From Octopus sinensis (taxonomy: Eukaryota), in assembly GCF_006345805.1 (NCBI RefSeq), contig NC_043003.1:26846001-26910000 (forward strand): a stretch of 64,000 nt of DNA. The letters run 5' to 3'. Under the pieces are notes generated by a model. The model was given only the letters and a program-made list of their open reading frames with translations, was not told the origin of the DNA and made no database searches. Positions 53,259-64,000 of this stretch are shown here, one piece after another; the first letter of the stretch is position 1, and each line of letters starts with the position of its first letter. The translations under genes were made by a program, and so were the position numbers.

Positions 53259-55433
53259 GGAAATCCGTTGGAAAAACAAAAACAGAACAGAGGCGGAGCA
53301 AAAACAAATCGAACCATGCTCCTAAGAGCCCATGGCGAAACTCTTTTTGCTACTAAGGTATCGGTTAAACTTTTGATTAATCTACTACAAGATTATTCAT
53401 CTTTCTATTTCACATAAATTATATATATATATATATGTATATATACATAGATGTATACCCACACACATACATACATACACACACACACCACACACACATA
53501 TATATGCACGCACGCACACACACACATATTCTTTTTATTCTTTCAGCCATTTGACTGCGGCCATTCTGGAGCATCGCCTTTAGTCGGACAAATCGACCCC
53601 AGGACTTATTCTTTGTAAGCCTAGTACTTATTCTATCGGTCTATTTCGCCGAACCGTTAAGTTACGGAGACGTAAACACACTAAGCGATGGTGAGGAACA
53701 AACAAACAAACAAACACACACACACACACACGACGGGGTTCTTTCAGTTTCAGTCTACCAAAATCCATTTACAAAGCTTTGGTTGGCCGAGGCTATAGTA
53801 AAAGACACTTGCCGAAGGTGCCACGCAGTGGGACTGAACCTGGAACCATGTGGCTATGAAGCAAGCTTCTTTTCATCTCTAGGCACAAGGCCCGAAATTT
53901 TGGGGCAACTGGTACTTAATTTATCGACCCCGAAAAGATGAAAGACAAAGTCGACCTCGGCGGAATTTGAACTCAGAACGTAAAGTCAGACGAAATACGG
54001 TTAAGCATTTTGCCCGCCTTATGAAGCAAGCTTTTTACCACAACAAAAAAATAATAGATATTTTCAAAGATTTCGATTTTGTAAGTATTTCCATTATCCC
54101 TCACGTCTGTGATCGTTTCTCCCACCCGACCTCAATTTAATGAGGCGTCTGTTTTGATTTTGAAGAAATAAAACAAATGCCCGTGAATAAAAATTAATAA
54201 CTTAGATACAAAGAAGGTCACCAATTTTGAGTTGGGAAGAAATTAGTCGATTAAAATTATAGACCCCGGGTGGGTAAAAGGTACAGCTGATCGTTGTGGA
54301 ATCTGAACTCGGAACAAAAATCGCAGGACATCCTATCCAACGCTCTGACAACTCTTATAGTTTAATGTGTGTTTTGTTGCGGTTATTGTTAAGCTACTCC
54401 AGCCGTGACTATCTCGTCTTTCTTACATTTATACTGTATTTAGAATTATATTATTTTACATGTGATTACGGTGACACTAGGCTATTATTTCTAGCATGAC
54501 GTTGGTCCGTAGATAACCCGTAGCATTTGAACTGGGAACGTAAAGAGCCGGAAGAAATGTCGCAAAACACTTTGTCCGACGCTGAAACGATTCTGCCAGC
54601 TCTTAATAGCTGAGTGTGTGTTTGGATATGGTGAGTGTTAAGCTATTCCAGCCGTGACCATCTCGTTTTTCTTTCAATCACGCCGTACCTAGAATTATAT
54701 TATTTCATATTTCCATCCTCGCTGAAGGCAGTAGTGAATGTGATTAGAGCGAGATTAGACTATTATTTCTAGCATGACGTTGAATCGTTACTTTACATAT
54801 GTTAAAGAGGAAGCGAAGATGTTCACATTGATAATTCTAAAAGGTGTAATTGGCAATGTTTCGTTTGTCGCCGGTGTAATTTAATGGGATTCACATTGAG
54901 ACGTGAAAAGAAAAAGGCTCTTCCTCTAACATCAGAGTTAGCACGTGTATTGTTTACAAAGCGAAAACTACTACTAATCAAGTTCGTTAACTCGCTATCA
55001 TATCCAATTCAGCCAAGAGATGGCAGTACGCGTTGTTGTTATTTTTTAAAACGACAATGATAACTAAATAAATTATTAAATTTAACGTTTTCACATTTAA
55101 AAACAATAATTAACATTCATTTAGAAGAAAACATTGTTTCTGTTCATACTTATTGTTTACTCTTGATATTTGAAAAATATATATATTTCCTTGTGATGTT
55201 CGGGTTATAATCTATGTATAACGACACGTAAACATTATGACCTTGAACTTGTTGTCTGTCTTAATTATATATAACTGCGTCACGATAATTCACTACATTT
55301 AAACAAAAATTAGAAAAATTTGCCCCAATTTATACACGAAAAATATTTAATTTTATATACTACGTAGATGCAATACGGAGAGTTTATATGAGATAAAGAG
55401 AATAATTAAATACAGCTATATAAGTGTAAGTAT

Positions 55434-55478
55434 AAATCAGTCGGTGTACAAAATTGAAGTATGTATAGATACCTCTAT
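55434..55478 (+). promoter_or_regulatory. Candidate snRNA proximal sequence element
   Basis: AAATCAGTCGGTGTA at -63 to -49 and TGTATAGATA at about -35 are conserved upstream of the second U2 copy (AAACCAGTTGGTGTA..TGTATAGATA, 61080-61117). Confidence 0.55.
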
Positions 55479-55496
55479 GGGTTCCCAGAATCAGGT

Positions 55497-55688
55497 ATCG
55501 CTTCTCGGCCTTTTGGCTAAGATCAAAGTGTAGTATCTGTTCTTATCAGCTTAATATCTGATACGGTCCCTATTTGGGACCATCGATATTAAACTGATTT
55601 TTAGAACGAGGCGAAGAGTTAGGGGCTTGCTCCGCCTTTGCCACGGGTTGGCCTGGTATAGCAGTACTTCCAGGATTCAGCCCATCTC
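55497..55688 (+). ncRNA. U2: U2 spliceosomal snRNA
   Basis: ATCGCTTCTCGGCCTTTTGGCTAAGATCAAAGTGTAGTATCTGTTCTTATCAG. Stems IIa, IIb (GGTCCC/GGGACC), III and IV (CCTGG/CCAGG) all pair, and an Sm-like ATTTTT is present. Confidence 0.98.
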
Positions 55689-56436
55689 CCACCCGGGAGA
55701 TATAAACAAACTAAAAACAGACTTAATACCTTAAAATCCCCTTTGCTACTTTTTCCAGAAGGGATCAGACACGCATTCTATGATCTCCGTTGCCGTTATT
55801 TTATTTATTTTTTAAAATCTTAGATGTAATTACATTCATCCACATCTTCTGCTGTCCACCCATCGTTTGCTGTGTTTTCCTCATACAAATAATATCCTAG
55901 AGTCCGCAGCTTTTCGTCTTCCGTTTTTATTACAAGGCATGTGGTTTTGACTGCTATTTCTAATTAGTCTGGTCTATCATAGTAAGTATAAAACGCAAAG
56001 CAACCAGTTAGTTACTGCAAGATAGAAAGCCCCTTATAGTTTGTCCGTTCTGTACACTCTACTACTATGTCAGGGTTTTTTAAATATATTTATTAACATA
56101 ATTTTCCTTTCTTATAAACCTCTCAAATATTCACATTCTTTGCGTCCTTTTTTTTTTTTACAACTGAAAACTGTGAATTTAACTGCTATTTCTATTTTGT
56201 ACTTAATTGCGCAGAATTAGTGAAAAATTACTAGAACAAAGTAACAGGTCAATTATCGAGGGATAATGACGGATTGTTACGTATTCGTAATTATCTTACT
56301 GTAGTAATTAGCTTGTTGGTTTGTTTAATTAATTTTCTTTTTTCACTAATATTTACTTATCTTTCAATTGGTTTACAATACAAATTACAAAGGCTTGATT
56401 ATATGTGTGTGTGTATATATACATATATATACACAC

Positions 56437-56484
<48 letters not shown>

Positions 56485-56726
56485 GTATATACCTACATAT
56501 ATATATGTATATATACATGCATATATGGGTACAGGACGTCAAAAAAACGTGAACAATATGAAAGACAAGAAGAAAAAACTACAATTCTATATGAGGAACT
56601 ATGTACATTATTTGCATTTTGACGGATTTTGTCTTCAACGTTTCGGCTGATGTCAGAGTTGGTGAAGGCTGGAGGGTATTGTGTTAACAACAAACAAGAT
56701 GAGGATAAAATCCGTCAAAACGTAAA

Positions 56727-57113
56727 TCTTTATATATAAAAGAGAGGTTGTGTGCTGTCTGTCTCCTACGATTTAGATTCCTAACTACTCCCACAATTTG
56801 CGGTGTAGTTTAACCAAAACCGGGTATCTTATAGTTGTGATTCATATCGAGCCCTTCTGGGTATTAGCATGAGTCTACGATTAAAAAGAAAATTACCATC
56901 AATTTTTCCCATTTTTAATGCATTTTTGGCATATATAAGGGAAGTAACTCTCTAAAAATTTATTATTAAATCTCAGAACGTTAAAAGCTACAGTAACACC
57001 CCACCCCCTTTGTGGTTAGCCATATTGAGATGGCAATTATACTTTACATCTCTAAAAATGCTTATATAGTTATTTCCCTTACAAATCCGAGCAACGCCGG
57101 GCGATACTGCTAG
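56727..57113 (+). mobile_element. Non-autonomous Helitron
   Basis: A|TC...CCGAGCAACGCCGG hairpin...CTAG|T. The empty site can be reconstructed from the host inverted repeat. Confidence 0.92.
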
Positions 57114-57390
57114 TAATGTATAAAAAACAAAAACATGGAAAACGAACTTTTGTTTTGAACAACGAAAGAAGCAAATAGAGAAACGAGACAGGCAACATAA
57201 AGAACAATTCCTTCATCAATTGTCCTGTTTTATCTACTCTGCGTTTCGAAGTGTGTGTGTGTGTGTGTGTATAAATGTAAGATCCAAGGATCGATGTGTA
57301 GGAAGAAGGTTAGCTTCATGCAAACCGTAGAAAATATTTAAAAAAACAAACTTTCTAGTGATATATTGAGGCAGAATGTAGTGAATTTTT

Positions 57391-57853
57391 TCCGTATCGA
57401 AGTATGGTAAGCTGGAAAAAAATGTTTTATCTTTCACGGTAGGGAGGCAGGGTTGCCAAGTATACGAATAAAATACAAGAGTTAAGGAATGGAGTAGATA
57501 ATATCCTTAATTATAGATATGTATATAAGATAGTGGTACAACAATGCACCAATATTTACGAGAAATAGGAGTCAATAATATACGACGCTATAGTAAAGCT
57601 TCAGTTATACTTTAACCTGAAAAACAAAGCATCAGGTTAAAGTACAACTGAAACTTTACTATAACGTCGTATATTATTGATTCCATTAAATATTGGTGCA
57701 TTGTTGTACCACTATCTTATATATATACAAGAGTGAAGGATGTTATCTACTCCATTCCTTAACTCTTGTATTTTATTCGCATATCTGGCAACCCTGCCTC
57801 CCCACCGTGAAAGATAAGACATTTTTTTCCAGCTTACCATACTTCGATACGGA
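57391..57853. repeat. Large palindrome, about 230-bp arms, 11-nt loop
   Basis: 57391-57620 versus 57632-57853, with scattered mismatches and small indels. Confidence 0.95.
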
Positions 57854-58252
57854 TCCTGAGGCGGCGAGAAGAATGGAACGACTTCCAGACCAGACGGAGG
57901 AACTCCACCCTCCCATTGTAAAAGAAAAGCGGAAACAAAAAACGAAGAACAGACCCCCACTAGGTCTGTTCGATCTGGTTGTCCCCCAATAAGTCTAAAC
58001 TAAGAGCATTAGACTTCTTTGTAAAAAAAAAACAACTAACGAACGTGTACGGCAACAAAGACAAAAAACAAACAAACAAACGGAGAACATGGTACACAAT
58101 TACGAATACAAACAACAAGAAATAACAACAGGTGTCTTTCGACTGAGAGCGAATCAAATTGAGCTGCCGTGTATGGAGTGAAAGCCTAAAAGCAAGAACA
58201 TAGGAGATGGACACAAGAGGTGTTGGCGGTCGGCAGTCAGGCCAAGAAAGAT

Positions 58253-58482
58253 ATTTCTTTATTGCCCACAAGGGGCTAAACATAGAGGGGACAAACAAGA
58301 ATAGACAAAGGGTTTAAGTTGATTACATCAACCCCAGTGCGAAACTGGTACTTTATTTATCGACCCCGTAAGGATGAAAGGCAAAGACGACCTCGGCGGA
58401 ATTTGAACTCAGAACGTAACGGCAGACGAAATACGTCTACGCATTTCGCCCGGCGTGCTAACGTTTCTGCCAGCTCGCCGCC
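58253..58482 (-). mobile_element. SINE family A, full length
   Basis: Reverse complement of GGCGGCGAGCTGGCAGAAACG...GGGCAATAAAGAAAT. Confidence 0.88.
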
Positions 58483-59394
58483 TTAAGAAAGAAAGATCAT
58501 GGCTGGCCGGGCACCGGTCATGTGGAAGGAGGAGAGATGGGTAGGGGGCAGCGGGATTGAAGGATTAGAAAAAAAAGTCAGACAAAGAGAAAGGTACAGG
58601 GGAGATAAACGCGTGGGAAATAGTGGGAGTTAAAGAAAGAGAGGGCCAAGAAATGTGATAGAGGGCGAGCGAGAAAAAGGAAGAAAAATGAGAGGGGGAA
58701 TAAAAGAGAGTAAAAGTCGTACAAAATTTAGATACACACCTAGTATAGGGTAAACACAAGGGTGTACGAACGCATGGAACAAAATCGCAATAGAAGACAT
58801 TAAAACATTCGGACAGATAGAAGATACAAAGGCGGACAAGAGAAACAACAATTAGAAGGATAGGCAAAAAAATAGGCTTTGTTTCCTACCATTTGCTTGT
58901 CTAGCCAGAGTGAAGAAGGAAGCCTCTATGCTGTCATCTGACTTACTAGAAATAGCAGCTAACTCCCCACTAACTCTGCCAAATGAAACTTCAACGTCTT
59001 AAAATAAACGAAAGATAAGTATACGTTAGAGAATGTTCTCGATATGTGTGTGTGTAGATGTTTGTGTTTGTTCCCTGTCACCGCTTGTCAACCGATGTTC
59101 GTGTGTTTAGGTACAAAGTAACTTAGCGGTTCGACAAAAGAAGCCGAAAGAAAAAGTACCAGGTTTTAATAAAGAAAAAGTACAGTGCTCGATTTTCTTC
59201 GACTGAAATTCTTCAAACTAATGCCCCAGCTTGGCCGAGATCTAATGATTGAAATAATTATCCGGCAAATGTTGGTGCAAACCATAACTAAAAGGTAAGC
59301 TTAGTCATGTGTGTTTGTATGTACTGAAGATGTAATTATTTACAGCGGTTGAACCCTGTCAATAGCCATACCGTTGCAATTTATGACCATAAGC

Positions 59395-60336
59395 GGCGAA
59401 GTTTCGCATGTCGTAGCACAGATTTCCGTCGATTTCCGTAAAAAACTTTTATTTTTTTACATAAGTAATGAGAGCGAAAGAGACTAAGAGGAAGCGATTT
59501 TACGACGAGAAGGTTTCTCTTTGAAATCGGCCTGTGTGTGTTTGATGGGGTGTGGGAGACAGACAGTATGTTGTGTAAGTGAAGTGCTTCTGTTAGTGTG
59601 TGCGAAGAGACAGAGAGAGTAATGTGTGAAAGAGAGAGATAACTGATTTTTTACTCGGTGTATGTGTATATGTATGTATGCATGTATGTGTGTGTGTGTG
59701 TATGTATCTATGTATGTGTGTGTGTGTAAGTATGTGTGTGTGTATGTATGTATGTATGGCCGATTCATCGTAATTTTTTACTCGGTGTATGTGTATATGT
59801 ATGTCTGCATGTATGTGTGTGTGTGTATGTATCTATGTATGTGTGTATGTGTATGTATGTATGTGTGTATGTATGTATGGTCGATTCAGTGTAATTTTTT
59901 ACTCGGTGTATGTGTATATGTATGTCTGCATGTATGTGTGTGTGTGTATGTATGTATGTGTGTGTGTGTAAGTATGTGTGTGTGTATGTATCTATGTATG
60001 TGTGTGTGTATGTATCTATGTATGTGTGTGTGTGTATGTATGTATGTATGGCCGATTCATCGTAATTTTTTACTCGGTGTATGTGTATATGTATGTCTGT
60101 CTCTTCGCACACACTAACAGAAGCACTTCACTTACACAACATACTGTCTGTCTCCCACACCCCATCAAACACACACAGGCCGACTTCAACGTGAACCTTC
60201 TCGTCGTAAAATCGCTTCCTCTTAGTCTCTTTCGCTCTCATTACTTATGTAAAAAAATAAAAGTTTTTTACGGAAATCGACGGAAATCTGTGCTACTACA
60301 ACCGAAACTATGCGCCTATACAACCGAAACTATGCC
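59395..60336. mobile_element. Long-TIR foldback DNA transposon (MULE- or Merlin-like), non-autonomous
   Basis: About 220-bp TIRs starting with GG, an 8-bp TSD CCATAAGC (59387-94 and 60337-44), and four internal tandem units. Confidence 0.85.
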
Positions 60337-61129
60337 CCATAAGCCCTACTATTTGCTTGTCTAGCCAGAGTGAAGAAGGAAGCCCCTATGCTGTCATTTG
60401 ATTTGCTAGAAATACCAGCTAACTCTCCACTCACTCTGCCAAATGAAACTCCAACGTCTTAAAATAAACGAAAGATTAGTATACGTTAGACAATGTTCTC
60501 GATGTATATAAAGATGGAATAGTCTTGACTGGCAAGCTGAAATGTTAATAACAACCCCTCCATACAACATCTGGACCTGGCGCTATTGCAACGACATCGA
60601 AACTAGAACCTCTTGGTTTGAAGGAAACTTCTCACTTTAGCAACGAGCCAACCAGTATGTGGTCGTTCGATTTGCTAGACGTAGCAACCAAAATGAAGCA
60701 TTGAAAGTTGACGAAGAAAATGTTAGTTGCTTAAATATGTATTTGTTATCGCTCTATATACACGGTTTGAATATAATGCACTGGTCTCGGGTGGAATGTT
60801 TTGATCGTACCTCAGACAGATTCATGTACTGTGACTTGCTATCCATCAACCAGTCACTAGCCAATAACAGTGCCTCTATCTTGGTGACATCACTTATCTA
60901 GTTTTAGGTATTCACTTTATATAATAAGAACATATATTGCCATTAAACATACAATATCTATATAAGCTTATAAATAATTGATTTGAAAATATTAGAAATA
61001 TTTTAAGGTCGAAAATGTAAGAATTGAATGTGTATAAAATATAGTATGTAATTAAATGTGATTGTAATAAATAATTTAGAAACCAGTTGGTGTAAGATAT
61101 AAACATGTGTATAGATAGTCTGTGGTATT

Positions 61130-61585
61130 ATTACTTCGTGTTATTGGCTAAGATCAAACGGTTTCAATACGATGAATTGCCACCTGTTGTAATGTATGAA
61201 AATTTAATAAACTATTCAGTATGAACACGAATATATGGGACAGAAATCCTTGATTGTAAAAACAGAAAAATGGGACTTTCATCTTTGTGGGGTAGAAAGA
61301 CATTTCATCAGCATAATGTTTCGCATATCATAATTCATTCGTAAATCATTCCTTTGTACCCCATGTTTGTGTTGTCTGTCATGTTTGTCCACCCTCTACT
61401 TTGAGCCCTTGGGGCTATAATAAAGAAAGATCAAAGAGTAGTATCTGTTCTCATCAGCTTAATATCTGATATGGTACTATCGATATTAAACTGATTTTTA
61501 AAACAAAGCGAAGAGTTAGGGGCTTGCTCCGCTTTTGCCACGGGATTGCCTGATATTGCAGTGCTTCCAGGATACACCCCATCTC
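61130..61585 (+). pseudogene. U2: U2 snRNA pseudogene interrupted by an insertion
   Basis: 5' part ATTACTTC..TTGGCTAAGATCAAA (61130-61158). The remainder from 61427 has GTGTAGTA changed to GAGTAGTA, a collapsed stem IIb and a broken stem IV. Confidence 0.93.
61159..61426 (+). mobile_element. 268-bp retroposon insertion in U2 with a 9-bp TSD
   Basis: AAGATCAAA is duplicated at 61150-58 and 61427-35. The 3' end TTGTCTGTCATGTTTGTCCACCCTCTACTTTGAGCCCTTGGGGCTATAATAAAGAA resembles the family A SINE tail. Confidence 0.85.
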
Positions 61586-62379
61586 TCACCCGGGAGATAC
61601 AAATTAATAATAAAGTCAGATATGTTGTTGCTGCTGGGGTTTTTTTTTTTATTACATCATCTCAGCGGCCTTTCCGGTTGTTGTGATTGTTAAAGACATT
61701 CCTCGCCGTCACGAAGTGATTTGTGATCCATCCCTCCTCAAACCCATCGACTTCCATTTGTGTCCTTACGGAGGTGATAGACCGTGACATTCAGTCCTCT
61801 TTGCTTTCTCATTTCAAATCCCATCATCGCTTTCGCACCTCTACCTGCCAGGTTCAGTGCCTTTAAAGGGGACCCTTTTTCTTGTAAGCAGTCGATTCAA
61901 GTCACCACTTTATGTATACTTTTCTCTCTCTCTCTCTCTCTCTCTCCTCACACCAGTCGCAGGCGCCAAGCAAAGTCACATGGAAACTGCATTTCCACTT
62001 CACTGCAAGATGTACAAGAAAGTATTATAACAGTAAAAAAATAATATGGGTGAAAAAAGAAGTGGCATTCCCTAACCAGTTATAATTATAGGCAAAGAAA
62101 AATTCAAAAAAACTTGATGAAACATTTGGATCAGAGATCGATCCTAGTGGACAGGAGGTGAGATTTGAAACCTTGCCTCCGGTATTAGACTGGGAAGACG
62201 TAGTAAAAATAATGACTAAAGACGTTAAAGTAATTACGAAAAACAAGATAACTGATTAAATTTAACTACCAAGTACGGGCGAGGCTCGAGTAGACATTAC
62301 ATCCTCATTATTACCCTTGCATTTATTTCATACGCTTTTTATTTTTTTTCTCCACTGTTCAAATTGTCTGTCCTCGTTT

Positions 62380-62600
62380 GAACTCAGAACGTAGCGGCAG
62401 ACGAAATACTTATTTCTTTACTACCCATAAGGGGTTAAACACAGAGGGGACAAACAAGGACAGACAAATGGATCAAGTCGATTATATCGACTCCAGTGCG
62501 TAACTGGTACTTATTTAATCGACCCCGAAAGGATGAAAGGCAAAGTCGACCTCGGCGGAATTTGAACTCAGAACGTAGCGGCAGACGAAATACGCTAGCG
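62380..62600 (-). mobile_element. SINE family A tandem fragment
   Basis: One unit plus the start of the next (GAACTCAGAACGTAGCGGCAGACGAAATAC occurs twice). Confidence 0.82.
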
Positions 62601-62751
62601 GTGTCATATGAAATTGTCACCCATAATTATGACCCTAGAATCGATCTATTGCATTTCAATCTATTTTAGATTTAGGGTTAGGGGTGGGGGAAGGGTATCT
62701 TTTTTTCTTCACAAATATAAATGAACCCAATCTGTTTCTTAAACGAGGGAC

Positions 62752-63120
62752 ATATTCATACGGCACAGAATGCTTTTTAACTCAATAGACGTCAGTGATT
62801 GGTTGAAATTGCAGAAATTGAAGAAATTAAAGACCAAATATATTACAAACTATAGGATTTTCTCAATAAAGCCAAGAGAAAAAGATGTTTTATAAACACA
62901 TTCTACCAGTATACGAAGTTTAAAATTTTTTAGTTATATTCATACGGCACAGAATGCTTTTAAACTCAATAGACGTCAGTGATTGGTTGAAATTGCAGAA
63001 ATTGAAGAAATTAAAGACCAAATATATTACAAACTATAGGATTTTCTCAATAAAGCCAAGAGAAAAAGATGTTTTATAAACACATTCTACCAGTATACGA
63101 AGTTTAAAATTTTTTAGTTA
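62752..63120. repeat. Near-identical tandem duplication, about 184-bp unit
   Basis: ATATTCATACGGCACAGAATGC...AAAATTTTTTAGTTA occurs twice. Confidence 0.93.
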
Positions 63121-63755
63121 CCTAGAAATTATGTTAAAAACCGAAAAAATCCGAATCAAATCCATAGTTTCTTTGTATGAAGCAAGTTATGAAACAACTT
63201 GTATGTGGTCGCTCGCTTTGCTAGAGATAACAACAAAAGCATAACATTAAATTGTAACTAGGAAGTTGTAGTTGTTTAAATATTTTAGTTCTTAAACCAG
63301 GTTGTATAGTTTCAGTATAAATATAGGATGATATGGTAATGTATACAACGCTTTGATTGTAAGCACTAGTGTAGCTGGTGGGGGGGGGGGGAGTAGGAAC
63401 AGTCCAACCCGGATGGTACTTTTAAAGGGGCGACACTTTTGGGTTTGCTGTAGGCATTATGTGTTTTTTGTGGGGTTTGAAGGCGGTAAACAGAAGGGCA
63501 GTCCAGGGCAGCACACTAGTGGCGCTAATGACTGTAATAAGCATGATTTGGTATTAAACAGCAAACTAAACAACAATACTACTCGAGTGTTGTGACGTCA
63601 TGAGTTTAGAGTTATTTTGTTTTATGCTAATATAGCGCCATTGAACATACCATATTTAAGTAAAGTGAAAGAAAACCTATATAAAATTATTGGAAACGAT
63701 GTAAGGTAATGAGGGCATAACCGTAGCAAGCAATTAAATGTGAGTGCAATGTATA

Positions 63756-63799
<44 letters not shown>

Positions 63800-64000
63800 T
63801 TTATTCTGAAACAAAACTGTCCGACGAACGGGAAAGTAAAACTGAGTAACAGTTTTTGTGATATTTTTGCTGCTTTTTTAATAAACCATATTACTCTACC
63901 TCTAGTATTCGAGTACTATTTTTTCCACCTTGTTTCGCAATTATGTGCTTACTTTGGTGTGTATATATATATATATATATATAGATATATATATATATAT

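Noticed and set aside
55368-55375. Octamer-like DSE (ATGCAATA) for U2
   Set aside because: The match is imperfect, the distance is atypical, and it is not clearly shared with copy 2.
59645-60095. Repeat-spacer-like array
   Set aside because: The apparent spacers are variable TG/TATG microsatellite inside a foldback transposon.
61271-61325. CTGATGA...GAAA on the minus strand of the U2 insert
   Set aside because: There are three extra bases after the core and no stem III or stem I, so it is probably chance.
62665-62690. Telomeric repeat
   Set aside because: Only two TTAGGG units, inside an apparent dispersed element.
63817-63855. CCGACGA..GAAA..TAACAG motif
   Set aside because: It is too degenerate to fold as a hammerhead.

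Overview
AT-rich, microsatellite-saturated animal DNA. The SINE repertoire and the density of (TA)n/(TAGA)n/(TAA)n/(CA)n point to an octopod cephalopod (inference). It contains no intact protein-coding gene, and nearly all supplied ORFs are microsatellite read-throughs. Supported content: (i) one full-length U2 snRNA gene (55497) and a second, decayed U2 copy (61130) split by a 268-bp retro-insertion with a 9-bp TSD; (ii) three 5'-truncated R4/Dong-like RLE retrotransposons, each inside (TAA)n; (iii) a Penelope-like GIY-YIG fragment and many non-coding, TA-embedded, fold-back Penelope-like remnants carrying minimal hammerhead ribozyme motifs, including a U3-A8 core variant and a recurring permuted GAAA...CUGAUGA motif; (iv) RTE and CR1/L2-type LINE ends, Tc1 and mariner remnants, MITEs, Helitrons, a long-TIR foldback element and four tRNA-head SINE families; (v) two small candidate minus-strand exons, suggesting much of the window is intronic. 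There is a 100-N gap at 33379-33478. All coordinates and alignments were made by eye, so repeat boundaries are approximate.
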